Below the pieces are notes generated by a model. The model did no database searches, had not been told where the DNA came from, and saw only the letters and a list, made by a program, of their open reading frames with translations. Positions 10,531 through 19,805 of a stretch of DNA of 61,005 bases are shown one piece after another (position 1 is the stretch's first letter; each line of letters opens with the position of its first letter). The position numbers were made by a program, and so were the translations under genes. Origin of the DNA: a virus (taxonomy: Duplodnaviria > Caudoviricetes); the IMG/VR virus record IMGVR_UViG_3300042476_000679, positions 1-61,005 of that record. The stretch is one strand, 5' to 3'.

Positions 10531-11567
10531 TCACATACTTAAGAAGCAGTTCATATGGAACGCATTCCATGTGTCCAATGCAGTATTTTATCGAATATAA
10601 TTTGGGCATACGAAGTCCATCCAATCAAAAGGCTGATAAAGGAACCATAGTACATAAGGTTATGGAAATATTAGCCTATATTAAACTATATGAACAAGAA
10701 AAGAAAAGCATTTATAATGACGATATTATTGGCGATATTGATATCAAAAAATATAATTTGAACACTATTATCGAACAGGTTTATAACTACTATTCGTCGC
10801 AGTTTAAACATCACCAGTGGAGTTCCAAAGACTATAAAGACTGTCATCTGTGGGTCAATAAAGCGATTGAGGCGCATGGTGGAGCCTTTGATCCAAGGAA
10901 CAGAACCATCTTACAGCCTGAGCAACACTTTGATATTGTAATAAAAAAACCTTGGGCTAAATACTCTTATCAAACAAAAGACGGTATATTAGAAGGTTAT
11001 TTGGCTATAAAAGGCACTATTGATTTGATTACGAGCGTAGACAACAATACAATAGAAATTGTTGATTGGAAAACTGGCAGACGATTAGATTGGGCTACTG
11101 GGGAAGAAAAAACATTGGCTAAATTACAGAATGATCCACAATTGAGAATTTATCATTATGCTGTGAGTCATTTATATCCAAATATGGAACATATAATCTT
11201 TACGATCAATTTTATTAATGATGGCGGAGCATTTAGTGTTTGTTATGATAAAAGCGATTTACCAAAAACAGAAGATATGATTAGATCCAAATTTGAAATC
11301 ATAAAAAATACTACTAAACCACAACTAAATAAAAGTTGGAAATGTACTAAATTATGCCATTTTGGAAAAACAACATTCGAAAATAGTCATGTGTTGCCAA
11401 TACTAGAATATAGGGACGGACAGTTGTGCAAAATTGATACGCTCATGACCAAATGCGAACAAGTTAAACATGATATAGAGTTGCTTGGTATAAATAATGT
11501 AGTTGACACCTATATGACTCCAGGATATACTGTTGGTAAGTACAAAGCACCCGGAAGCGCAGAATGA
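10524..11567 (+). CDS. Cas4/AddB-like PD-(D/E)xK exonuclease
   Basis: RSSS...CP, KGTIVH, GTIDL...IVDWKTG, QLRIYH, C-terminal Cys cluster. The computed ATG is 10569, but the frame is open from an ATT at 10524 with AAGGA upstream. Confidence 0.82.
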   Translation: MIITYLRSSSYGTHSMCPMQYFIEYNLGIRSPSNQKADKGTIVHKVMEILAYIKLYEQEKKSIYNDDIIGDIDIKKYNLNTIIEQVYNYYSSQFKHHQWSSKDYKDCHLWVNKAIEAHGGAFDPRNRTILQPEQHFDIVIKKPWAKYSYQTKDGILEGYLAIKGTIDLITSVDNNTIEIVDWKTGRRLDWATGEEKTLAKLQNDPQLRIYHYAVSHLYPNMEHIIFTINFINDGGAFSVCYDKSDLPKTEDMIRSKFEIIKNTTKPQLNKSWKCTKLCHFGKTTFENSHVLPILEYRDGQLCKIDTLMTKCEQVKHDIELLGINNVVDTYMTPGYTVGKYKAPGSAE

Positions 11568-13450
11568 ACTATATTCCTCTTCATGCACATAGTATGTTCA
11601 GTTTGCTCGATGGTCTTTCAAAACCAGAGCAAATGGCTGAACGCTGCAAAGAAATTGGCGCAAACGCTTGTGCATTAACAGATCATGGCAATATAGCCGG
11701 TGCTGTGAAGTTTTACTCAGCTATGAAAAATGCTGGAATCAAACCGATTCTTGGTTGCGAACTCTATATTTGTCAGCAAGATCCTAAATTACAGAACAAG
11801 GAAAATAAAAACTTAAGTCATTTCATAGTTCTTGCTCAGAATTATAAAGGGTGGTTAGACTTAATAAAAATAGTGTCAGAATCCAATAAGCCAGAGCATT
11901 ATTATCATAAGCCAAGATTGGATTTAGAACATCTATCAAAATTAAATAGCGGTAATCTTATCGCCATAGTAGGACATCTTGGTTCTCTTTTGGCCGATGA
12001 GATATTGGATAATTACGAATTGAAATCAGATTGGAAAACCTTAGGTATAAATTTAATCAACAAGCTGAAGACTATTTTTGATAATAAAGTATTTCTAGAA
12101 GCTCAACTAATGGATATTGATAATTTACCAGTACAAAAAATATTAACAGATGCCATAAGACAGTTAGGTAAAGAAACGAACACAAAGATTATATGTACTC
12201 CAGACGCTCATTATTGCAGAAAAGAGGACGCTATTGATCAGCGAATTCTACTTTGTAATAATCTAAAAACCACATTTCCGGAAATTAGTCGAAAAATTAG
12301 CCATAACGAAGATGTTCCTTTGTCTGGATTTTTTACATCCGATAACTATCATATTCCTTCACAAGAAGAGATGGCCGCATTACATACCGCACAAGAAATA
12401 GAAAATACAAATTATGTAGCAAATTTGATTGAGGATTATGATATTTTAAGTAAGCCTAAACTACCACAATTTAAGTGTCCAGATGGTTTTGACCAAGATG
12501 AATACTTGAGAGAACTGTGTAGATATGGCTGGAAAACAAAAATAGCACCAGTTATCCCTAAAGAAAATCAACAGATATATTTGGATCGGATAAAATATGA
12601 GTTGGATGTATTACAGGGAGCGGGTCTATCTAGTTATTTTTTAATTGTGCAAGATATAGTGAACTATGTTCGCCAAAGTGGGTGGTTGCCTGGGCCGGGT
12701 AGAGGAAGTGCTGCCGGGTGTCTAGTATCCTATTTAATAGGTATTACTAGTATTGATCCTATAAAATATAATCTGTTTTTTGATAGATTTTATAATTCTG
12801 GCAGAAATACTAAGGATCGTATTAGTATGCCGGATATTGATGTGGATGTTCCGATTAATAAAAGAGAAAATATTATACAGTATATAAAAGATAAATATGG
12901 TCATGATAAAGTATCACAGATGGTAACCTTCAATACCATTAAGGGTAGAGGTGCTTTAAAGGATGTATTAAGAGTATATGGCAATATATCTTTTGAAGAA
13001 ATGAACAGAATAACAAAAAATATTCCAGATGAAGCTAAGATAGCCGACGAATTACAAGAAATGAAGGAAGAAACAGGAGAAGCGTCTATTATACGCTGGG
13101 CTTTAGAAAATAATGCTGATAAATTAAGAGAATGGTGTTATATAGACGAAAATAATGAATTACAGGGGCCGTTGGCAAAAAGGTTTGAGCAGGCTATTAG
13201 ATTAGAGGGAACCAAATCAAATCAATCAAAACATGCGGCTGGTATTGCTATTAGTTCTGAGCCATTAAAAGATATTTGTCCTATGGTTTATGATAGTAAA
13301 AACGAACAATTAATAGCGGGCATGGAAATGCAAGACTTAGAAGGTATTGGTATTATTAAATTTGATATTCTTGGCGTAGCAATGTTGGATAAAATCATGA
13401 CTATTCAAGACTTATTAATACAAGGAGTAAAATATGAAAAAGCAATTTAA
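11564..13450 (+). CDS. dnaE: DNA polymerase III alpha (DnaE), N-terminal half: PHP, palm and thumb
   Basis: HAHSMFSLLDG, TDHG, DAHY, GRGSAAG, PDIDVD, HAAG, KFDILG. The ORF ends shortly after the third catalytic Asp. Confidence 0.93.
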   Translation: MNYIPLHAHSMFSLLDGLSKPEQMAERCKEIGANACALTDHGNIAGAVKFYSAMKNAGIKPILGCELYICQQDPKLQNKENKNLSHFIVLAQNYKGWLDLIKIVSESNKPEHYYHKPRLDLEHLSKLNSGNLIAIVGHLGSLLADEILDNYELKSDWKTLGINLINKLKTIFDNKVFLEAQLMDIDNLPVQKILTDAIRQLGKETNTKIICTPDAHYCRKEDAIDQRILLCNNLKTTFPEISRKISHNEDVPLSGFFTSDNYHIPSQEEMAALHTAQEIENTNYVANLIEDYDILSKPKLPQFKCPDGFDQDEYLRELCRYGWKTKIAPVIPKENQQIYLDRIKYELDVLQGAGLSSYFLIVQDIVNYVRQSGWLPGPGRGSAAGCLVSYLIGITSIDPIKYNLFFDRFYNSGRNTKDRISMPDIDVDVPINKRENIIQYIKDKYGHDKVSQMVTFNTIKGRGALKDVLRVYGNISFEEMNRITKNIPDEAKIADELQEMKEETGEASIIRWALENNADKLREWCYIDENNELQGPLAKRFEQAIRLEGTKSNQSKHAAGIAISSEPLKDICPMVYDSKNEQLIAGMEMQDLEGIGIIKFDILGVAMLDKIMTIQDLLIQGVKYEKAI

Positions 13451-13622
13451 AGACTTGACCGATGGAGAACTATTTCAACATAATGGTGAAGAATATAAAA
13501 AAATAGCCGCGGTGAAAGTGAGCTGCTGTCGTTCAATTAACTGTGAACAATCATCAAATGCTCAGCATAAAATTTTTATACCACCATTAACAGAAGTAGA
13601 AGTTAATGATCAACTACAATAA
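13434..13622 (+). CDS. Small hypothetical protein (62 aa)
   Basis: SD AAGGAG upstream. Overlaps both neighbouring genes. Confidence 0.65.
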   Translation: MKKQFKDLTDGELFQHNGEEYKKIAAVKVSCCRSINCEQSSNAQHKIFIPPLTEVEVNDQLQ

Positions 13623-14292
13623 AATTTGCGTTTTTGATTTTGAAACCGACGGTTCTGATCCAACGCTATGCAGCCCTGTTCAAATAGCAGCTGTAATGAT
13701 AGATCCAATAAGTTTAGAAATTATTGATGGGTCAGAATTTAATATTAATTTTAAACCAGAGGTTTTAGAAAATAATAATGACTATAAGTATGAAACAGAC
13801 ATATTAGATTTTCATGCTAAGGTCAAAGGATGTAGTAAAGATGACATTTTGAAAGATTGGTATACCTATCCTAAACAAGAACATTCTTGGAATATGTTTG
13901 TTAATTATTTAGATAAATATCATACCAGAAGTTCAAAAAAGAGTCAATTTTCTGCTCCTATTGCTGCTGGCTATAATATTAATAGGTTTGATCTAACTAT
14001 CATAGATAGACTAAGCAATAAGTACGGAAATCTCAATAAGGAAAAAAGAACAGATTTATTTTTTCCAAGAGATGTTATAGATGCAATGAACTTAATGTTT
14101 TATTGGTTTGAACACAATAGTGATCTTAAAAGTTATACTCTTGATACTGTCAGAGATTATTTTGGCATATCAAAAATTGGGGCGCATGACGCATTAAAAG
14201 ACGTAAAAGATACCGCTGCAATTATTATCAGGTTTATGAAATTGCATAGAAATTTAGGACAAAAAATTAAGTTCAAACAAGCTTTTGCATAA
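13606..14292 (+). CDS. DEDDh 3'-5' exonuclease (DnaQ/epsilon-like)
   Basis: ExoI FDFET, ExoII GYNINRFD, ExoIII AHDALKD. Confidence 0.88.
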   Translation: MINYNKICVFDFETDGSDPTLCSPVQIAAVMIDPISLEIIDGSEFNINFKPEVLENNNDYKYETDILDFHAKVKGCSKDDILKDWYTYPKQEHSWNMFVNYLDKYHTRSSKKSQFSAPIAAGYNINRFDLTIIDRLSNKYGNLNKEKRTDLFFPRDVIDAMNLMFYWFEHNSDLKSYTLDTVRDYFGISKIGAHDALKDVKDTAAIIIRFMKLHRNLGQKIKFKQAFA

Positions 14293-14296
14293 TATA

Positions 14297-15913
14297 ATGA
14301 GTAAAAAATATCAATATCAGTGTGGTTGTTGTTTTGATCTTTTGGAAAAAGATGATGCGTCCAAGATTGTTTTTGATTCTAGTATTGATTCAATTAATTT
14401 AGATTGTCAAAAAACATGGGATTTGATTTCTGACGGAAACACCAAGGGGTGTTTTCAATTAGAGTCCAGACTTGGTAGATCAATAGCCAAAAAATTAAAA
14501 CCAGAAAATATAGAGCAGTTATCTGCCCTAATAGCCATTTTACGCCCAGGTTCTCTAGAAGCAATTAGAGATGGTAAAAGTGTTACCAATCACTATATTG
14601 ATAAAAAGAACGCTCAGGAATCCTTAGACTATTTTCACCCTTCGCTAGAGCCGATTTTAAAAACGTCTTATGGTGAAATGATATATCAAGAACAGGCTAT
14701 GGAAATTACGAAGGTTATAGCTGGTTTTAATTTGCAAGAAGCAGATATGTTGAGAAAAGCCATTGGTAAGAAAAAACCGGAAGAAATGGCAAAAGTAAAA
14801 GCAAAATTTTTAGAAGGAGCAAAAAAACTCAACATAGTTAATACTGATGAAGCAGAACAAATTTTTAGCTGGATAGAAAAGAGTCAAAGATATTCTTTTA
14901 ATAAGTCTCATAGTGTGAGCTATGCTATCAATGCTTATCTATCGGCCTATGCTAAAGCTCATTTCCCTAAAATATTTTTTGCATCATATTTACGTTTTGC
15001 TAAAGACAAAATAGATCCTCAGGCAGAAATCAAAGAATTGGTACAAAATGCCAGCGAAATGGATATAACTATAAACACGCCAGATATTCGGAATCTAAAC
15101 GAATTCTTTATATTGCAAAACAACAAAATTTATTTTGGATTAACCGACATAAAGGGAGTTGGAAAGTCTGTGTTTGATAAATTAGTTATCATGTCCCAAA
15201 CTTTTGATCTCAATAATTCAAAATGGCTACAATACTTATGCCTACTGCTACCTAACATAAACTCTACTGCCGCTAAGGCACTTATACAAAGTGGTGCTTT
15301 GAGTTTTATTCCTATGTCTCGCAATAAGATGTTGTTTGAGTATAACATCATGAGCAATTTAACAAAGAAAGAATTAGAAAATATTGCTGCTAATATTGGT
15401 TCTTTTTCTAATCTAAAAGATGGTTTAGAGTTTTTGCTTACTGTACCTAGAATTAATAAGAATCGTAAAAAAACCATTGAAGATTCAATATATTCTTTAT
15501 CTTACCCTCCATATTCTTTGGACGATAGTGCGGAATGGTTAGCCGATTCTGAGGATACACTACTAGGATGCTCAATTACTTGTTCAAAATTAGATATGTA
15601 TGATATTAGTATGACTAATATTACATGCAGAGAGATTAAAAATACAACCATGAAAGATAACCTAATCCTGGGTGGAGAAATAGACAATATTAATATTGTG
15701 AAAACGAAAACAGGAAAAACCCCCGGTCAAGAAATGGCGTTTGTGACTATGATTGACGGAACCGGTGGTGTGGACTCTATAATATTTTTTCCTGAACAAT
15801 ATAAAACATATAAAAATCTTTTATTTATCGGAAATATAATTATTGTCAAAGGCAATAAAACAAAAAACGCAGATGGTATCGTTGTAGAAAAGGCATATAT
15901 CGCCAAAACTTGA
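14297..15913 (+). CDS. dnaE: DNA polymerase III alpha (DnaE), C-terminal half: fingers, HhH and OB
   Basis: GCFQLES, ALIAILRPG, YQEQ, ADMLRKAIGKKK, FNKSH, GLTDIKGVG, MAFVT OB fold. ATG 14297 is preferred over TTG 14285. Confidence 0.92.
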   Translation: MSKKYQYQCGCCFDLLEKDDASKIVFDSSIDSINLDCQKTWDLISDGNTKGCFQLESRLGRSIAKKLKPENIEQLSALIAILRPGSLEAIRDGKSVTNHYIDKKNAQESLDYFHPSLEPILKTSYGEMIYQEQAMEITKVIAGFNLQEADMLRKAIGKKKPEEMAKVKAKFLEGAKKLNIVNTDEAEQIFSWIEKSQRYSFNKSHSVSYAINAYLSAYAKAHFPKIFFASYLRFAKDKIDPQAEIKELVQNASEMDITINTPDIRNLNEFFILQNNKIYFGLTDIKGVGKSVFDKLVIMSQTFDLNNSKWLQYLCLLLPNINSTAAKALIQSGALSFIPMSRNKMLFEYNIMSNLTKKELENIAANIGSFSNLKDGLEFLLTVPRINKNRKKTIEDSIYSLSYPPYSLDDSAEWLADSEDTLLGCSITCSKLDMYDISMTNITCREIKNTTMKDNLILGGEIDNINIVKTKTGKTPGQEMAFVTMIDGTGGVDSIIFFPEQYKTYKNLLFIGNIIIVKGNKTKNADGIVVEKAYIAKT

Positions 15914-15937
15914 CTTTGTGTCACACAGACCTACAAT
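15910..15937 (+). promoter_or_regulatory. Sigma70-like promoter upstream of ssb
   Basis: TTGACT-N16-TACAAT. The spacer contains the inverted repeat TGTGT-C-ACACA. Confidence 0.6.
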
Positions 15938-15984
15938 ATAGAAGTTATTGGTTTTTGGGTTTTAACTTTTAAAAAGGAGACGAT

Positions 15985-16350
15985 ATGAATATTGTTATGT
16001 TACGAGGTAATCTTGCAAGAGATCCAGAATTACGAGTTGTAGGAGATAAGCAAACGTCTGTAGTAAACTTTACAGTTGCTGTCTCAAGAGAGTTCACCAA
16101 GGCCAATGGTGAACAAGATAAGATTACTTCGTTTATTCAATGTGAAGCGTGGGATAGCGGTGCCGAAGCCATAGGTTCATCTTTTAAGAAGGGCGATCTA
16201 GTAATGGTCGAAGGCTCACTGCGAAATGATAGCTGGGAAAAGGACGGCGTTAAACATAGTACATTAAAGGTACGTGTTAATAATTTTGCTAAGATTCTCA
16301 AAACTAAAAAGACTGAGAAGACAGCAGATACTACTACAGTAGCATTCTGA
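15985..16350 (+). CDS. ssb: Single-stranded DNA-binding protein
   Basis: GNLARDPELR, FTVAV, KGDLVMVEGSL, WEKDG. Strong SD AAGGAG. Confidence 0.95.
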   Translation: MNIVMLRGNLARDPELRVVGDKQTSVVNFTVAVSREFTKANGEQDKITSFIQCEAWDSGAEAIGSSFKKGDLVMVEGSLRNDSWEKDGVKHSTLKVRVNNFAKILKTKKTEKTADTTTVAF

Positions 16351-16374
16351 GGAGCAAATAAAGTTTAAGAGAAT

Positions 16375-16405
16375 CTCTAGTAGTTTATTGCTACTAGAGG
16401 TTTTT
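16375..16405 (+). terminator. Intrinsic terminator after ssb
   Basis: CTCTAGTAG-tttattg-CTACTAGAG followed by GTTTTT. Confidence 0.7.
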
Positions 16406-16422
16406 CTTATTCTATATAATTT

Positions 16423-18078
16423 ATGTCAAAAACAACAACCAAAAAAAGAATTTTTATAGCTAATGATGCCAGTATTTTAGATACTGGATATGGAGTATAT
16501 GGTAAAGAGATAATATCTCGTATTCACAACAGCGATAAATATACTGTTGCTGAACTTGGTTGTTATTGTGATGTAAACGATCATAGGATAAAAAATATTC
16601 CTTGGAAATTCTATGCTAATGCTATCGGTTTTAATGATCCTAGAGTAGAGCAATACAAAAGTAATCATCTAAATCAGTTTGGTATGTGGAGATTTAACAG
16701 ATGTCTTATAGATTTTAAGCCACATATAGTTTTTGATATTAGAGACTATTGGATGTATTTTTATCAGGATATGAGTCCATATAGGCATCATTTTAATTGG
16801 ATTATTATGCCTACGACTGATTCTAATCCACCTAAAATTGATTGGCTGTATACATATCAAAATGCTGAACTGGTTGTTCCATATACACAGTGGGCAAAAG
16901 ATGTTTTAACTAATAGTTGTGGTAATAGGATTAATCTTTTCCCAAAAATTGCTAATGCCGGTATCAATCCAAATGAATTTTTTCCAATAGAAAATAAGAC
17001 CGCCCACAAACTTAAATTCTTTGGTAAAGACTTAAATATTATCGGACTAGTTATGCGTAATCAAAAGCGCAAATTAATTGCTGATATGTTGATTGCATTT
17101 AAGAATTTCTTACAAGCACTAAAAGATTCCAATCAACTAGATATTTATGAAAAAACCTATCTGTATTTACATACTTCTTATCCAGAAGAAAATGGATGGG
17201 ATTTACCGGCACTATTATTAGAATTCGATCTATTGGATAAAGTTTATTTTACATACAGGTGTAAGCAATGCGGCCACTTTCATCCATCAAAATTTAGAGG
17301 TGGGATTTCTGTTTGCCAAAAATGCAACAATAGATCTGTGATGATGGCTTCTCCATCTAACGGTATTAATACTGCACAATTAAATGAAATATATAATCTA
17401 TTCGATATTTTCATTCAATATGCTATTTGCGAAGGTTTTGGTATGCCTCAAGTTGAGGCTGCTGCTTGTGGATTACAAATTGCCGCTGTGGATCATAGTG
17501 CAATGACGGAGATAGTAAAAAATCTCAACGGAATCCCTATCCCTGTACAAAAACTTTTTAGAGAAATGGAAATTAATGCGGATAGGGCGTATCCGGACAA
17601 TAATTTTACTTCTCAGATGCTTTATAATTTTTTTGTGAATACATCACAATCAACAAAAGAAGAGAATAGTAAGATTATTAGAGAAAAATGTATATCTCTG
17701 TATACTTGGGATAATGTTTATAAGGTTTGGGAAGAAGCTTTTGACAGTGTTGACATTGATAAAAAAATACCTTGGGATTCTAAAAATGTTCCACAGGTAC
17801 AGAATATGTCGGTGAAAGTCCCAGCGGATCTAACCAACAAAGAATTCATAGAATTTATATGCCTGAAAATTATCAATGATCCTCATCTATTAAAAACCGC
17901 CAATATACAAATCTTAATTAAAGAATTAACAACAGGTATCGTAGCAAAAAATGGTGGTATGGTTAATGCTGATAGGGGTTATGCCATAGAAGTTTTAGAA
18001 AGTCTAATTAGTAATAAGATTAATTGCGAAAGAATGAGATTAGATCCTAATAGTATTATGAAAGAAGATTTTATATGA
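16423..18078 (+). CDS. GT-B (GT4-like) glycosyltransferase with zinc-ribbon insertion
   Basis: TGYG N-terminal loop, RNQKRK, EGFGMPQVEAAACG. CKQC...CQKC insert. Confidence 0.82.
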   Translation: MSKTTTKKRIFIANDASILDTGYGVYGKEIISRIHNSDKYTVAELGCYCDVNDHRIKNIPWKFYANAIGFNDPRVEQYKSNHLNQFGMWRFNRCLIDFKPHIVFDIRDYWMYFYQDMSPYRHHFNWIIMPTTDSNPPKIDWLYTYQNAELVVPYTQWAKDVLTNSCGNRINLFPKIANAGINPNEFFPIENKTAHKLKFFGKDLNIIGLVMRNQKRKLIADMLIAFKNFLQALKDSNQLDIYEKTYLYLHTSYPEENGWDLPALLLEFDLLDKVYFTYRCKQCGHFHPSKFRGGISVCQKCNNRSVMMASPSNGINTAQLNEIYNLFDIFIQYAICEGFGMPQVEAAACGLQIAAVDHSAMTEIVKNLNGIPIPVQKLFREMEINADRAYPDNNFTSQMLYNFFVNTSQSTKEENSKIIREKCISLYTWDNVYKVWEEAFDSVDIDKKIPWDSKNVPQVQNMSVKVPADLTNKEFIEFICLKIINDPHLLKTANIQILIKELTTGIVAKNGGMVNADRGYAIEVLESLISNKINCERMRLDPNSIMKEDFI

Positions 18079-18836
18079 ACCTAGATGATCAGATCAACAC
18101 AATCCACACCCCCTGTAAAAATTGTGTTTTTGCTATTTATGATAATAAAACACAGAATGGTTGTGCGATAGATTATCTCTCTGTATATAAAAATAAGAAT
18201 ATCTCATTATTAGAAGCTTATGATGATGAGAAAGAATTTTATATTGTGAATGGCAAAAAGTGCATAGGATATAGGGAAAATAAATGGTTCAAACAGTTCG
18301 GATTGGAAAATGCTGATCTAGAAGATAAAATAAAAAAATATAAAGAAACTAATAAATTAGACTATCTAATTACTATAGACTTAAAAAAGTTATCTTTAGA
18401 TGATGTTGACTCTTTATTGGGTCAGATTTCAAAGTGCAGAATTCAGCCCAAAAAAGTTATATTAATCAGATATGCAGATAATGAGTTAAAATTCCCATAC
18501 GCTAAACTAGAAGCCTTATTTAAGAAATATGATACGGCGTATGTGTGGCGTATTCAAACCATACTAGATCTTACTACAGAATATGCCGATATTCTTCATA
18601 ATATTATATCATTAAATCATAAGTTTAGATTTATATTATCTGTAGTTAATCATAATAATGATATAGAAAGAATTATTGATTATACGAATAATCTAGTACA
18701 TAATGATCTGGAACAGTTTGAAATTATATCTAATCAAGATCATACTGCTATCATTTTCAGTAGTATAATCTATAGATTTGAAGCTTTTCATCATAAAGAG
18801 TTTCTGAACAAAAAAGAAAATTACAAGATAGTATGA
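18075..18836 (+). CDS. Hypothetical protein
   Basis: 253 aa, N-terminal CKNC..C..C, ATGA coupling. Confidence 0.65.
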   Translation: MNLDDQINTIHTPCKNCVFAIYDNKTQNGCAIDYLSVYKNKNISLLEAYDDEKEFYIVNGKKCIGYRENKWFKQFGLENADLEDKIKKYKETNKLDYLITIDLKKLSLDDVDSLLGQISKCRIQPKKVILIRYADNELKFPYAKLEALFKKYDTAYVWRIQTILDLTTEYADILHNIISLNHKFRFILSVVNHNNDIERIIDYTNNLVHNDLEQFEIISNQDHTAIIFSSIIYRFEAFHHKEFLNKKENYKIV

Positions 18837-19441
18837 ATATTATTATTCTTGGAGATAAGTATCAAAAAAGGATGAAGTCTAAGGGTTGCGTCGGACTAAT
18901 CAAAATTAATAAACAAAATTTCTTATCTCATCAATATAACGTTCTAAGAAATAGATTTCCTGATTCTAAGATTGTTTATGTATATGGATTTGATAATAAA
19001 AGATTTGCCTCATATGTTGACAAAAATCATAAATCCTATCAAAATATGATTTTTATTCACAACAAGGATTTTGATAAATATAATACCTCATATAGTTTGA
19101 GTCTGGTGTCAGATTATCTAAATGAAGATTGTATGATTCTGTTTGGAGACAGCATCATTAAAACCAAAGAATTCTCTTCCTTTAAACAAAAGCGAGGCTC
19201 TCAAGTTTTTATGGATAAAGAGAATAAGACTAAACTTGGTTGTATTATTAATAATGGCAAAATAGAAAATATCTCCTATGATCTTGACAACTATTTATCT
19301 GATATTTATTTTATATCTAAGCAGCACATAGACATCTTTCGCAAACTTATTAACGATCCAAACAATCATAATAATTTTATTTTTGAAATCTTAAATAAAG
19401 TTATTGATCTTAATCAAACCATAATACCTTACTATATTTAA
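18833..19441 (+). CDS. Divergent NTP-transferase (LicC/sugar-phosphate nucleotidyltransferase fold)
   Basis: IIILG...RMK...LIKI, FIHN..F..YNT..SL, ILFGD. The glycine-rich loop is degenerate. Confidence 0.55.
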   Translation: MNIIILGDKYQKRMKSKGCVGLIKINKQNFLSHQYNVLRNRFPDSKIVYVYGFDNKRFASYVDKNHKSYQNMIFIHNKDFDKYNTSYSLSLVSDYLNEDCMILFGDSIIKTKEFSSFKQKRGSQVFMDKENKTKLGCIINNGKIENISYDLDNYLSDIYFISKQHIDIFRKLINDPNNHNNFIFEILNKVIDLNQTIIPYYI

Positions 19442-19445
19442 TACA

Positions 19446-19805
19446 ATGGCATATTCTATACTTACTACCGATTTTAAAACACAGTCTGATCTTATCGACA
19501 GACTATATCATTTTTTTAAACCACTATTGCCCCTAGAAGATTTTACTATTTTTACTGACGAAGTTATACATAGTTCCTCAGAATATAGTATGCTTACAAC
19601 TTTTTATATGATAGCCTATAAAGGAGCTGTTATATTTTTATCGCTAGACGATTATATGGAATACGGAGATACAACTAGTGGAGAAAAAATTGTTTATATA
19701 CCGAACGATAAAATACATCTGATAGATAGATCAATGATCAAAAATTTTACAATAGTGACAGAAATAGATAATAAATTACGCTGGATGAAAAATAATGAAC
19801 TATAA
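19446..19805 (+). CDS. Hypothetical protein
   Basis: 119-aa ORF in the operon. Confidence 0.6.
   Translation: MAYSILTTDFKTQSDLIDRLYHFFKPLLPLEDFTIFTDEVIHSSSEYSMLTTFYMIAYKGAVIFLSLDDYMEYGDTTSGEKIVYIPNDKIHLIDRSMIKNFTIVTEIDNKLRWMKNNEL

Noticed and set aside
13380-14400. Split intein or intron joining the DnaE halves
   Set aside because: There is no N-terminal C/S intein block and no HN-C/S/T junction. The gap is filled by coupled ORFs including a normal DEDDh exonuclease.
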